A DNA stretch of 49,081 nucleotides from Candidatus Heimdallarchaeota archaeon (GCA_019057815.1 JAHLWR010000025.1:1-49081), one strand, 5' to 3'. Numbered from the stretch's first letter, positions 9,720-19,752 are shown. The notes: generated by a model from the letters alone, not told the origin. Numbers and translations are program-made.

Positions 9720-10781
9720 CTACTTTGGGGCTGAAGGTATAGTTTTTACAAGCTGTTTCACTTCATCATCTGTAACTTCTTTACCAAAAAAAGACAGGGC
9801 TGGTGAAATCTTCTCTTTTTCGCTTCTCTTCTCTGTTTTTTTAATTTCTAGTGCATTTTTTTCTACTTGTAGTGGAGTAATGACTTTTTGAATCAAATCC
9901 TTATGTGTTTGAGTTTTACTTGATTGTGTTGTTTCAGTTACTTGTAAAACTTCACTGTTTCTGTCTTGAGGTAAAATGTGCTGAAAGTTAACATTAGGAA
10001 TAAGAACTTCTAAATTTAAAACATTGTTCCATAAAATAGCAGTTTGAGTTGTTTTAGTTAAACCTATAGAATGGAGAATTTTATCGTTTTTTATGTCATG
10101 ATACGAATGGAAATTCAAAACACCGGAAATTTTGTGCTGATATTCTTTAGAGAATAAGGCTAGTTTTTCAATGAAATCTTTGCATCCTTCGATGGATAAA
10201 GCGTTAAACGAAATCACGATTCCAAATTGTGTTTTCTTTTTTTTTCTTGCTTTTCTATTTAAGAAACGTGTACTGAGGTGAATTGAACATGAAGGATAAG
10301 TCAAAACTTTCTTAACATATCCTGTAAAATGATTGGAATCATACTTTGAAATCTTTAAAGATAGAAATGTCCAGTATTCTTTCTTGATTTCAACAATTTT
10401 TGGATCTTTAGTTCGTTTGATTTTTGAAGAGAGAAAACTTTGAATTTGCTCTGTTGTTTTCCTGTGATTCAAAGGAGACATAATTAAACGTGAATCAAAA
10501 GGACCAAGTTTTTTCATTCGATTCATTAATGTGGAAACTTTTACTATAAGCTCTCCAATGTCTTTAGCACTGATGAGGAGAAAAAGATTGACTGAATATT
10601 GAGTAATTTTTATAGTGTATGGATAGCCAAACGAATCGATATAGTTAAACAATTTATTTGAGAATTTAGAAAAAGAGCTATTTTCATCCTTTAGAAGCGT
10701 GAAACCTACTATTCCGATTGATTGATTAGTAGACTCCAAAATAATCATGTCTTCTAAATCGTGAATTTGGAGATTAGACAT
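9720..10781 (-). CDS. hypothetical protein downstream of ftsZ
   Basis: 353-aa ORF co-oriented with ftsZ; no recognised motif. Confidence 0.7.
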   Translation of the reverse strand: MSNLQIHDLEDMIILESTNQSIGIVGFTLLKDENSSFSKFSNKLFNYIDSFGYPYTIKITQYSVNLFLLISAKDIGELIVKVSTLMNRMKKLGPFDSRLIMSPLNHRKTTEQIQSFLSSKIKRTKDPKIVEIKKEYWTFLSLKISKYDSNHFTGYVKKVLTYPSCSIHLSTRFLNRKARKKKKTQFGIVISFNALSIEGCKDFIEKLALFSKEYQHKISGVLNFHSYHDIKNDKILHSIGLTKTTQTAILWNNVLNLEVLIPNVNFQHILPQDRNSEVLQVTETTQSSKTQTHKDLIQKVITPLQVEKNALEIKKTEKRSEKEKISPALSFFGKEVTDDEVKQLVKTIPSAPK

Positions 10782-10843
10782 AGTGGTCTAATATGATAAT
10801 TGAACTAAAGAATAAAAAGACCACAAAAAGAAAAAATGGAAAC

Positions 10844-12031
10844 TTATTCTGTCCATAAAGCATCTATTGTCATTTCTTCAGATTTGAAGAGGTAAGGAGA
10901 TCTAACTTCCGCAATTACCACAGTAACAGATACTTCATCATCAGGCATGGTTTCATCTATATTACAACCCCAAACAAATTCAGCTTTAGGATGAATTTGG
11001 TCTGTAATCATGGTTGTGATAGCGTCAACTTCTGTCATAGCTATGTTTCTGTTAGCTTTTATGTTGACTAGAGCTCCAGTAGAAGTAGAAATATCCACAT
11101 CGATAAGAGGGTTAGATAACGCATCTGTAATAGCTTGTATAGCTCTTTTTTCACCCTTGCCATTTCCAACTCCAATAACAGCTGGACCGCTACGACGAAG
11201 AATCTTCTTTGTGTCTGCGAAATCTACATTTACACGTGCAGGAAGAACAACAAGTTCAGTTAACCCAATAACTGCATTAATTAGAACATCATCTGCAATT
11301 TTGAACGCGTCCCACAAAGGAAGTTCAGGGTCATACATTAGTAACATTTCATTTGAGACAACAATAATGGTATTTGAGTGTTCATTCAATTCTTCAAGTC
11401 CTCGGGAAGCAGTTTCCATTTTTGCTTTTCCTTCTGAAGCAAAAGGTAATATACAAACAGAGACAACTAAACATCCCTCTTCTTGTGCAATTTTAGCAAC
11501 GAAAGGTGCGCCACCCGTACCCGTACCCTTCCCTAAACCACATGCAATAAAAACTAAATCGTTACCTCGAACGAGATCACGGATATCGTCTTCGTTCTCT
11601 TCTGCTGCCGCTCGACCTATATTAGGGTCGTTTCCAGCTCCAGTTCCATTTGTTAGTTCCCGACCAATAAGAAGTTTTTTAGTAGCTTTAACACTTAGTA
11701 GATGACGTGCATCGGTATTGATAGCAACAGTGGTGGCCCCTACAATTCCTCCACGCATCATAATGTTATTAATAGCATTGGAACCGGCACCTCCAATACC
11801 CATAGCAAGGATACGGTTATTCCGAAGCACTCGTTGAATAAAGGAATTAGCTTCTTGACTGTCAAATTTGTCAGAATTAGTATCCCTTTTTTGAAGAAAT
11901 TGTTCCAGTTCTTTGTCTGCATTAGAACTCTTGAAGGTATCAGGGGGACTGTTTGAATCATAATTGTCTTTGTAAGATTCTTGATATTTATATTGATTGT
12001 TTTCATTATGCTGTTGAGTCATACCACTCAA
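10844..12031 (-). CDS. ftsZ: cell division GTPase FtsZ
   Basis: GIGGAGSNA, AINTD, GAGNDP.IG, GLGKGTGTGG, PFASEG, T7 loop NVDFAD. Confidence 0.96.
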   Translation of the reverse strand: MSGMTQQHNENNQYKYQESYKDNYDSNSPPDTFKSSNADKELEQFLQKRDTNSDKFDSQEANSFIQRVLRNNRILAMGIGGAGSNAINNIMMRGGIVGATTVAINTDARHLLSVKATKKLLIGRELTNGTGAGNDPNIGRAAAEENEDDIRDLVRGNDLVFIACGLGKGTGTGGAPFVAKIAQEEGCLVVSVCILPFASEGKAKMETASRGLEELNEHSNTIIVVSNEMLLMYDPELPLWDAFKIADDVLINAVIGLTELVVLPARVNVDFADTKKILRRSGPAVIGVGNGKGEKRAIQAITDALSNPLIDVDISTSTGALVNIKANRNIAMTEVDAITTMITDQIHPKAEFVWGCNIDETMPDDEVSVTVVIAEVRSPYLFKSEEMTIDALWTE

Positions 12032-12178
12032 AGGAAATACTATATGATGAATAACAAAGCAAATATTATAGAGAAAATCTCTGTGTATTACGTAAGTCTA
12101 CAGATTGGAACCTAACCTCTGTTAGACATAAATAATGAATTTTTTAATCAAATTTTGAAAAGAAAGGTGAAGTAAGGT

Positions 12179-12279
12179 TGGTGCACGCGCCGGGATTTGA
12201 ACCCGGGTTCCAGCCGTGGCAGGGTTACTCGTGTTTTTTAAATGAACACTCTGAGTCATGCCAGCTAGACTACGCGAGC
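12179..12279 (-). tRNA. tRNA-Gly(GCC) with 26-nt BHB intron at non-canonical position 29/30 (12225-12250)
   Basis: Removing the intron restores CAGCC-CTGCCAC-GGCTG; BHB ACUC/GAGU helix with AGA and AAC bulges. Confidence 0.9.
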
Positions 12280-12307
12280 TTTATTATACACTGTTTCATG
12301 GTTGTTT

Positions 12308-12382
12308 TGGTGCGCCAACCGGGAATTGAACCCGGGTCGTCGACTTGGAAGGCCGAAGTCATAGCCACTAGACTATTAGCGC
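12308..12382 (-). tRNA. tRNA-Gly(TCC)
   Basis: GCGCTAA/TTGGCGC acceptor, TCGGC-CTTCCAA-GTCGA anticodon arm, CCA. Confidence 0.95.
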
Positions 12383-13058
12383 AAACTCGGCTATTCTTCA
12401 TGATTTAATTCCTGTTTTTAATTTTTCCGTTCTTCACTTAAAAATTAGTTGAAAGAATCTATTTTTATCTGAAATATGAAATGTATCAAAAAATAAACGG
12501 ATAATATGATGATTGATATGTTTTTGAAGAAAGCTATTTTTAGACATCTTACTGAAACAAGGCTGTTTTTTAGTGATTTAACCGAGGACACGACCTTAAC
12601 AAATTTATCTCATTCTGGAGTTATAAAACCAGATTAATAGATCCTTTAAGATTCTAGTAAAGGATGGCTGTTCTTTAGATCAAGTGTTCCTTCACATGAT
12701 TTGATTAATAGAATTTTATGTTAGAGGGATTGTAAAAAAATGAAAAGAGTCCACTTCCTTATTAATCGTCAGACTTCAGTACTATGCCTGAAATTCTCAT
12801 TTTTTATGATAATGATGCAAATAAAATAGTCGTCTATCTTGAAATTGTTACTTCAGATTTGTCGGAAGAAAGAATTGATGTTTTTAACAGATCTACCACA
12901 AAAAGCGAGCTCCTACCTGAATACTTGAACATAGCTTACACTATATCGGGTTGATAAGTATTTACTATTAGTTGCTAGAGAAAGTTCCTCCTAAGATTGA
13001 GTATATTATATAAGGGAGAAGATACGATAAAATAGTAATAGGGAAAAGAGGTAAGAGA

Positions 13059-14309
13059 TTATTTTCCCCATCTTTCAAGTGCTTTTGCCAACTCTTGATG
13101 GTCTTTAGCATATTCATCTAGCGATATCCCTTTCAAAGTTGCATCTAGAGCTTGACGCATACCCATCGCACCTTTCCGAGTTCCATCAGGATGTCCGTGT
13201 ATCCCGCCACCAGCTTGTATAATCACATTATTCCCACCATACTTTACTAGGTTAGGTATCTTAGCTGGATATAATCCACCAGAAGCAACTGGAAAGGTAG
13301 TTTTGAGTTCATACATTGGTTCGATTAAAGCTTGCTTAAGTTGAAGTTCAAGTTCGAGATCAGTATCCATTTTCCCTTGTCCATAGGATCCTATATGTAA
13401 TTGATCTCCACCTAACATTCTTACTATCTTAGCTACAGGAAGCATGGAAATTCCGTGTTTTTGATTACGTGTGAAAGCTGCGTGCATTGTCCGATGAACA
13501 TGGATTGGGACTTTAACGCTAGGGTCACGAGCCATTTGAGCAAGTTCTTGATATCCGGTTAAAATTACATCAATCATTAAACATTTTGCACCATTATCTA
13601 AAGCTGTTTCAATACGTTTCCACATTACATCATGAGTCGCAGTAACATTAACTGCATGTATTACAGTTCTACTTGTTTCCTCTTTTACTTGATCTAGCCT
13701 CTCTAATACTTGGATAACTCTGTCTTCAAGAGGACAAAAGTGTTGATCACTCAAATTCTCATCATCTTTAATAAAATCGACTCCACCTACAGCAGCTTCA
13801 TACGCAACATCTGCCCATTCTTGTGCTGTTAAGCCCATTTTTGGTTTAACAATTGTCCCAATATGTGGCCTATTTGGAAATTCTCCTTTGTCTGTTCCTA
13901 TAATCTTTCTAACTCCTTCAATGCCAAATTTTGGTCCAGGAAAACTTTCAGTAATACTTCGAGGAAACTCAACATCTAACCAACGAATATTTCGTAGAGC
14001 TCCTAAACCAAATAAGTTTCCAGCTACCATGGAAAGGATACTAGTTATCCCTGCTTCTAAGTCAAAGGTTTCTGTTTGAAAACCGATAGTGACTTCACCG
14101 CTTTGGTAATCCTCATGATTATCAAAAACCTGTTTGTCTAATACTTCAGCTCTAAGTCGAGCTATATGTGGTTTGCCGACAGTTGTTGTTAAATCTGTCC
14201 ATGTGCCTACTGATTCTTCGTCACATATCTCTTCTGCGGCTTTTTCAACACTTTTCACGTGTTCAACATAATATTTTGCAATTAATAATTCTTTAAATTC
14301 TTCATTCAT
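13059..14309 (-). CDS. rbcL: form III ribulose-1,5-bisphosphate carboxylase
   Basis: EESVGT, GN, KPK, GGVDFIKDDE, HVHR, LHIG, GKM, VASGG, QAGGG: catalytic set intact. Confidence 0.93.
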   Translation of the reverse strand: MNEEFKELLIAKYYVEHVKSVEKAAEEICDEESVGTWTDLTTTVGKPHIARLRAEVLDKQVFDNHEDYQSGEVTIGFQTETFDLEAGITSILSMVAGNLFGLGALRNIRWLDVEFPRSITESFPGPKFGIEGVRKIIGTDKGEFPNRPHIGTIVKPKMGLTAQEWADVAYEAAVGGVDFIKDDENLSDQHFCPLEDRVIQVLERLDQVKEETSRTVIHAVNVTATHDVMWKRIETALDNGAKCLMIDVILTGYQELAQMARDPSVKVPIHVHRTMHAAFTRNQKHGISMLPVAKIVRMLGGDQLHIGSYGQGKMDTDLELELQLKQALIEPMYELKTTFPVASGGLYPAKIPNLVKYGGNNVIIQAGGGIHGHPDGTRKGAMGMRQALDATLKGISLDEYAKDHQELAKALERWGK

Positions 14310-14312
14310 AAT

Positions 14313-15272
14313 TTAAGCACCTTGATTAATAATGTCCATCCCTATTTCTTCGTGAATCATAAATGGATATTTTTCTTGTATTATGAAGTAAATAAAAGAT
14401 GGTGCAAAAACTCCACCTTCTGAAATGATTCCATCAATTAAATCGTGGGATACGGTCTCAAAAGCTGGATTAAGAAATTTCAATCCTTCAGGAGGATTTT
14501 CCCAAATTTCTGAAGAATCTCTCATCTCTATTTCTGTTAACTTTCCTATACTTGTTTCAGGATCATATTTAAGTAAGTTAATAGCGGAATAGAATGGAAT
14601 ATCCATCTCTTTCGCTGCTAGCGCCAAAAGTCTAGTTCCAATTTTGTTTATAACTGTTCCTTGACTAGTTATAGCGTCAGCTCCTGTAATAATTATATCA
14701 ATATTGTAACTGTTTATTACCCAACGCATGGCACTGTCAACTACTTGAGTTGTTGGAACTCCTGCTAAAACTAGTTCTTTTGCAGTGATTCGTCCTTGAT
14801 AAAGTGGTCTTGTTTCAGTGCAAAAGACATTGATTTTTTTTCCTTGTTTATGCGCTTCAAGTATGATTCCAGTTGACAAAGAGGAATGACAATGCGTCAT
14901 TATTGTGCTACCATCTTTTATTCGATGAGCTCCATACGAAATGACTTTCTTTTTTGATTCTTTAAGTAATAAAACATAATCTTTTGAAAATGATACAATA
15001 AGTTCTCGTGCATCCTGCAAAGAAGAAGCTTTTTTGCGAAGATTATACAAAATAAACCTTAATCCATTTCTAAGAGCAGGCTCAGTTGCGCGAGCAGCTG
15101 ATAAAGCTTCTCTAGCTTTTTCTAATTTCACAAACAGCTCTTCTAATGAAGCACAATCAATGTGTTCTCCCAATAATGAAAAAGCGTTTACCCCTTCAAT
15201 AGCTATGTTGGTCGCACCTTGTATTCGAAGAGCTTGGATATCCTCAACAACCTTTAAGAAAGCTGAATTCAA
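14313..15272 (-). CDS. ribose-1,5-bisphosphate isomerase (eIF2B-like)
   Basis: IQGAT, RATEPALRN, MTHCHSS, TETRP.YQG, GAD, NKIGT, NPAF; adjacent to RuBisCO. Confidence 0.92.
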   Translation of the reverse strand: MNSAFLKVVEDIQALRIQGATNIAIEGVNAFSLLGEHIDCASLEELFVKLEKAREALSAARATEPALRNGLRFILYNLRKKASSLQDARELIVSFSKDYVLLLKESKKKVISYGAHRIKDGSTIMTHCHSSLSTGIILEAHKQGKKINVFCTETRPLYQGRITAKELVLAGVPTTQVVDSAMRWVINSYNIDIIITGADAITSQGTVINKIGTRLLALAAKEMDIPFYSAINLLKYDPETSIGKLTEIEMRDSSEIWENPPEGLKFLNPAFETVSHDLIDGIISEGGVFAPSFIYFIIQEKYPFMIHEEIGMDIINQGA

Positions 15273-15408
15273 TTTATGTCACCTAATAAGAGTAAACAAC
15301 ATTATTTTAAACACATAATAAAAAATTGTGGTATGACAGAAAAAGAGAGAACGAAAAGAAAAATTTAAGAAAAGAAGGATAGAACAGAGTATAGAAGTCA
15401 ATATAAAA

Positions 15409-15542
15409 GGGGTATTAGCTCAGCCTGGTTAGAGGTTTATTAGGTCGAGAGCCTAAAACTAACAAGCGTCTGGCTCATAAGTTTTTTGAGCTAAAGCTGA
15501 GGTACCAGATGGTCGGTGGTTCAACTCCGCCATACCCCACCA
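15409..15542 (+). tRNA. tRNA with CAT anticodon (Ile2 or elongator Met) with two introns: 15434-15465 (23/24) and 15480-15503 (37/38)
   Basis: BHB motifs GUUA/UAAC and CUCA/UGAG; splicing restores GCTC/GAGC D-stem and TCTGG-CTCATAA-CCAGA; lacks initiator features. Confidence 0.88.
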
Positions 15543-15707
15543 TTTTCTGATTTTCTTCTATTACGGGGGGGTGCAATATCTATAAATATGTTGTACCTCT
15601 TTTTCTTCTAGTAATGTTTAAGTGTTTTATTAATAAATGAAGAAAACCTGCCTCCTAAACCTCCTCGTCGTATTCCTTCTGAACAAAATGATGAAGAAAA
15701 CCTAAAA

Positions 15708-18164
15708 GTGGAAAAAGAAGTAATAAAAGAATCAACAGAAGAATACCCTCCTAAACCAGTCCGACCGTTTCCTCCTTCTCAACCAGAGTCTACGCCACAA
15801 AAACCAATACTTATTTCAGAAATACCGTCACCTAAGCCTATATTAAGAGATATACTTAAAAAAGAGGAAAAGACACGACCTGAATATTTAGTTGATAGTT
15901 TTCGTACACAAACTACAAGAGAAGAAACTGAAGAGGAGGAAGTTGAAGAAAAAAAGAGAAAGTATGTTTTTTGGTGGGGACTCTTATTCTTCTTTCTTTT
16001 GAATATTATACTTATGTTTCTCCTTGAAATCTCTCTCCATCCACGCGATAGTGTAGCTGCAAGCATAGTTGCATATGCTCTTGGTGCAGTTGGTTTAATA
16101 GGTTATAGTGTTATTGTACGTAGCAAAAAAACTGTTGCTCTTTCTGTACCTCTCTTACTAATACTCCTATTTGGTGCAAGTTTTCTTTTTCACTATGTTG
16201 GTGCTCCAGTATACAATCCATTTGCCCCTATTTCTGAAAGAACTGATTTCCTTTTGGAGACTGCAGAAGCAGGACTTGATCTCTATGGTGGGAACATTAC
16301 ATTACCAGGAAATATTACAATTGAAACAATTAAAGAGTATAGCCAACTTGCTCTCCTAATTGATTTTGTTATTGCTATACCAATGTTTATATTTTCTCTT
16401 CTGGCGCTAACGTGGTTAATACAAATATTTAGATCAGAAATTAAACCAAAAAGGATGATAGCACTGGTTTTTGCACTTCTTTTCTTAATAATTGGTTTGA
16501 TAATTACCCCAATTGTTCATCTTGCCATGGGGAGCCTTGTCAATTTTGGCTCAACATCAACGCAAGGTATAATCCATATAATAAATGGAATTCAAGGAAT
16601 AGATAATTTTGACAATATTACTCAAGAGGAAATTAATCAAATACTAGCGAACTTCAGCTTAGCCGCGGAATATATTCAAGATGGAAGTAAAAGTATCGAG
16701 ATGTTTTCTTTTGTATTTGGTATTATTACAAAAATTACAGATGATCTTCTTCACTTCTTAAATGCATCACTTATACTTCTTGGAGGAATTGAACCGTTTA
16801 TCAGTGGTTCCTATCAGATATACCAAGGATTCCAAGATGTCACTGACGCATTAAATTATAGTATATCGATTCCCTTATGTGTTGAGCCTTATAACAATTC
16901 AACAACAAAAACGTACCGCATTAAAAGGTATCAAATTAATGATAGTCTGTTTGAACAAGGTATGGCAAAAGTTAACGCTGGAATAATCCATCTTGGTAAT
17001 AGTACTGTCCCTATTAAAGATGCATGTGAAGAGGTTAAAAAAATTGAATTCTCGGATATTTACGATATGCTAGACACATTACTTAGGGATAATGCTGAGT
17101 TCGTTAAGACAAAAATACAAGAAATGGAACAGTATCTGTATTTGTTTAATAATGCAACCGGTGCTCTTGAAGCTTTAATTGAACAACCGATGGTTAATGG
17201 TGAGAAATCTCGCTATACTACTCTTACACACTTTTTGTATGGGTCTTATAATTTGATAAAAGCTGCTTTAAACGTTGGTGAGTATAGTTCATTCAATGGA
17301 ACAGAAGTTTTCTTTGAGCAAGCAAATTCAAATTTTAGTGTGGTATATTATGAGTTTGGAAAAGCAGAAGTAATGAGGGTAATTAATTCTGATACACCAT
17401 TTCTTAACAGTACTCTAAACTTTCTATATGATATGGCTGCATTAGCTGTTGGTATTAGTTCCTTTGGACTTGATGTAGGAACTGTTTATGGCGATTTAAC
17501 TCGTGTTGTTGAAAGTTTTGGTATCGGGTATGAGAACATAACTGATTATTATTCATTACAATCCGAGGTTCTTGTTATTATTGGTTTAACCGATAATCTA
17601 ACCAATACCGCATACTCAATAGAAAATAGGATCTCAATTATACAATCAAACGCCAATAATGGAACGTATGAAATGTTTAGCAAACCTAGTCGAAAAATTG
17701 CTAACTTCTTAGATGGTTTTAATTTAACGTCTAATATAATAAATGCAAATAATATTGCCCATTCATTTTATCATCTTTTCAACTCTATGGAACATCTAAA
17801 GTATACATATGCTAATGTAACAGCAGGAGAAACTCATTTTAACAACACGGATTTTGGAGATGCAAACGATAGTTTTGTTGCTGCTAACAATTCTTTCTAT
17901 AGTGCAATGTCTGAGATGGATTTGGCAATTATATATATGAATGAAACTGAAGCCGGTGAAATGGTACAGCTTGAAGATGCAAGAACGGCATTAATAAACA
18001 TAAAAAACACATTAGATAGTATTATTGGTAACTTCAATAATGTATTATCAATCGCAGAAGAAGGACCATTAGCCAATCCTGATGACTTAACAGGAAACAT
18101 TACTATTATTACTAATGCTCTCTCTTCTATAAACAACCAACTTCTAAACGTTGCAGCACAATGA
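15708..18164 (+). CDS. large 5-TM membrane protein with helical, sequon-rich C-terminal ectodomain; paralog of 42465..44708
   Basis: Five hydrophobic segments, Pro/Glu-rich N-tail, about 24 N-X-S/T sequons by eye, C-terminus NVAAQ shared with paralog. Confidence 0.85.
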   Translation: MEKEVIKESTEEYPPKPVRPFPPSQPESTPQKPILISEIPSPKPILRDILKKEEKTRPEYLVDSFRTQTTREETEEEEVEEKKRKYVFWWGLLFFFLLNIILMFLLEISLHPRDSVAASIVAYALGAVGLIGYSVIVRSKKTVALSVPLLLILLFGASFLFHYVGAPVYNPFAPISERTDFLLETAEAGLDLYGGNITLPGNITIETIKEYSQLALLIDFVIAIPMFIFSLLALTWLIQIFRSEIKPKRMIALVFALLFLIIGLIITPIVHLAMGSLVNFGSTSTQGIIHIINGIQGIDNFDNITQEEINQILANFSLAAEYIQDGSKSIEMFSFVFGIITKITDDLLHFLNASLILLGGIEPFISGSYQIYQGFQDVTDALNYSISIPLCVEPYNNSTTKTYRIKRYQINDSLFEQGMAKVNAGIIHLGNSTVPIKDACEEVKKIEFSDIYDMLDTLLRDNAEFVKTKIQEMEQYLYLFNNATGALEALIEQPMVNGEKSRYTTLTHFLYGSYNLIKAALNVGEYSSFNGTEVFFEQANSNFSVVYYEFGKAEVMRVINSDTPFLNSTLNFLYDMAALAVGISSFGLDVGTVYGDLTRVVESFGIGYENITDYYSLQSEVLVIIGLTDNLTNTAYSIENRISIIQSNANNGTYEMFSKPSRKIANFLDGFNLTSNIINANNIAHSFYHLFNSMEHLKYTYANVTAGETHFNNTDFGDANDSFVAANNSFYSAMSEMDLAIIYMNETEAGEMVQLEDARTALINIKNTLDSIIGNFNNVLSIAEEGPLANPDDLTGNITIITNALSSINNQLLNVAAQ

Positions 18165-18208
18165 AGGAAATATTAAGGAAAAAATCTCTTTTTCTACTTT
18201 TTCTATTC

Positions 18209-18943
18209 TCAAGACATCTTCTCTGATTTTGGTGAACTAGTAAATGTTGATTCCTCTTCTAGAGTATGGATACTACCTAAGATTTGAGCAATTACTGAAA
18301 AAAGATCTAGACCATCTTTATATATTGCTATTTTATGGTCTACCATATTTTTCTGCATCTCCTTGATATGACCACGGGGGAAAGCTCCAAAGATAAGCAG
18401 CGGATTAACTGACTTATAATGAATTAATTCTGAATACTCAAGAGCTGTACACTTTTTTCCTTCAACACTAAATTCTATTATAACATCGTGCTCCAATCGT
18501 AACTTTTTAATTAATTCTTCAAGAGATGATTCAGAAAGTTCCATTAATAGTTCATTAGAAGCGGGGGGGATTCGTTTATGTTTGAGTAATTGCAAGATAA
18601 GACCATTAAAACGCTCTAAAGACTTGGGTAAGCGAATTTCTGGGTTAAGAAAGATGATTTTATTGTCACAAGTATGTATTAGAACTTTAATCCTCTTTTC
18701 ACGTGCCAATATAGAGCCAAAAATGGAAAGTAGCGCAAAATGGGTAATATCTGGTCTTCCCCTATTTTCAGCGTCTGGTAAATTCTTCATGAAATTGCTG
18801 TGGTAATTTGCATCAAGTATGATTTCAGTGGGTTTCTTTTTCAATTTGGACAAATATTGTCTAATCTCAAGATCTTTAACAAGTTCAGAGGGAAACATTT
18901 CAAGAGCTGCATTAGCTAGTAGGATAGTGATAAACTTAACCAT
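18209..18943 (-). CDS. nep1: 16S rRNA pseudouridine N1-methyltransferase Nep1/EMG1 (SPOUT)
   Basis: ILDANYH, RGRPDITHFALL, RLPKSLERF.GL, GAFPRG; start reassigned to ATG 18943 (MVKFITIL). Confidence 0.9.
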   Translation of the reverse strand: MVKFITILLANAALEMFPSELVKDLEIRQYLSKLKKKPTEIILDANYHSNFMKNLPDAENRGRPDITHFALLSIFGSILAREKRIKVLIHTCDNKIIFLNPEIRLPKSLERFNGLILQLLKHKRIPPASNELLMELSESSLEELIKKLRLEHDVIIEFSVEGKKCTALEYSELIHYKSVNPLLIFGAFPRGHIKEMQKNMVDHKIAIYKDGLDLFSVIAQILGSIHTLEEESTFTSSPKSEKMS

Positions 18944-19047
18944 ACTTACTCGTGAACTATTATGTACAACTTGCTTTTCAATTTTGCGAGACCAACTAGC
19001 TGTTGGCCAACCGAAAGTTGAAAAAGAATATAAAAAAAAGGGAAATA

Positions 19048-19752
19048 ATGGATACTTGCTACTTTGTTGAATATGATTATTTAGATTACAAGAAAGCACT
19101 GATGTTACAATCTCAAATTAGAGTAATAAAAGAAACTAACAGAGAATATGACGATTTTCTTATGGTTCTACAGCACAATCCAGTTTTTACACTAGGAAAG
19201 CGAGGAAAAAGAGAGGAAATCATAGTTTCTGATAAAATTTTAGAGAAAGAAGGCATAGAAGTTATTGTCACTGATAGAGGTGGAAAAGTGACCTATCACG
19301 GACCTGGACAATTAGTAGGATATTTCCTTCTTGATTTAATCCGTGCAAAGCTGTCCATTCCAGATTTTGTATGGGGGATGGAACAAACAATTATAGAAAC
19401 CGTTAAGCATGAAATGATACTTGGTTTTCGACGAGAAGGGTTTCCAGGAATTTGGGTAAAAAACAATGGGATACCTGCTAAAATAGCTGCAGTTGGAGCA
19501 AAAGCATCAAAGAAAATAACGTCTCATGGATTGGCATTGAATGTAAACACGAACATGAATCATTTTCAAATGATAATACCTTGTGGAATAAAAGAATTTA
19601 CACCAATGTCAATGGAACAATTAATAGGAAAAAAACTCGACATGAAAGAAATTTATCATGTTTTTGAAAAAGCATTTGAAAAGGTATTTGAACGGAAGTT
19701 AATACCGTTAAAAAGCGAAGAATTTGAAGCGAGGATAAGGGAAAATGCCTAG
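19048..19752 (+). CDS. lipB: lipoyl(octanoyl) transferase
   Basis: QHNPVFTLG, DRGGKVTYHGPGQLVGY, KIAAVG, HGLALN, IIPCG; start reassigned to ATG 19048. Confidence 0.95.
   Translation: MDTCYFVEYDYLDYKKALMLQSQIRVIKETNREYDDFLMVLQHNPVFTLGKRGKREEIIVSDKILEKEGIEVIVTDRGGKVTYHGPGQLVGYFLLDLIRAKLSIPDFVWGMEQTIIETVKHEMILGFRREGFPGIWVKNNGIPAKIAAVGAKASKKITSHGLALNVNTNMNHFQMIIPCGIKEFTPMSMEQLIGKKLDMKEIYHVFEKAFEKVFERKLIPLKSEEFEARIRENA

Noticed and set aside
11010-11705. 231-aa + strand ORF, and similar antisense ORFs within the Rab, rpl11, acetate-CoA ligase, TPR and RuBisCO genes
   Set aside because: Fully antisense to well-supported genes, with no motifs
12178-12408. 76-aa ORF on the + strand
   Set aside because: Antisense shadow of two tRNA-Gly genes
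13059-14309. RuBisCO-like protein (form IV) or autotrophy marker
   Set aside because: Carboxylase catalytic residues are intact, and the R15P isomerase context indicates nucleoside salvage
18944-19099. Apparent head-to-head overlap of nep1 and lipB
   Set aside because: Artefact of longest-ORF starts; better starts at 18943 (-) and 19048 (+) leave a normal divergent gap
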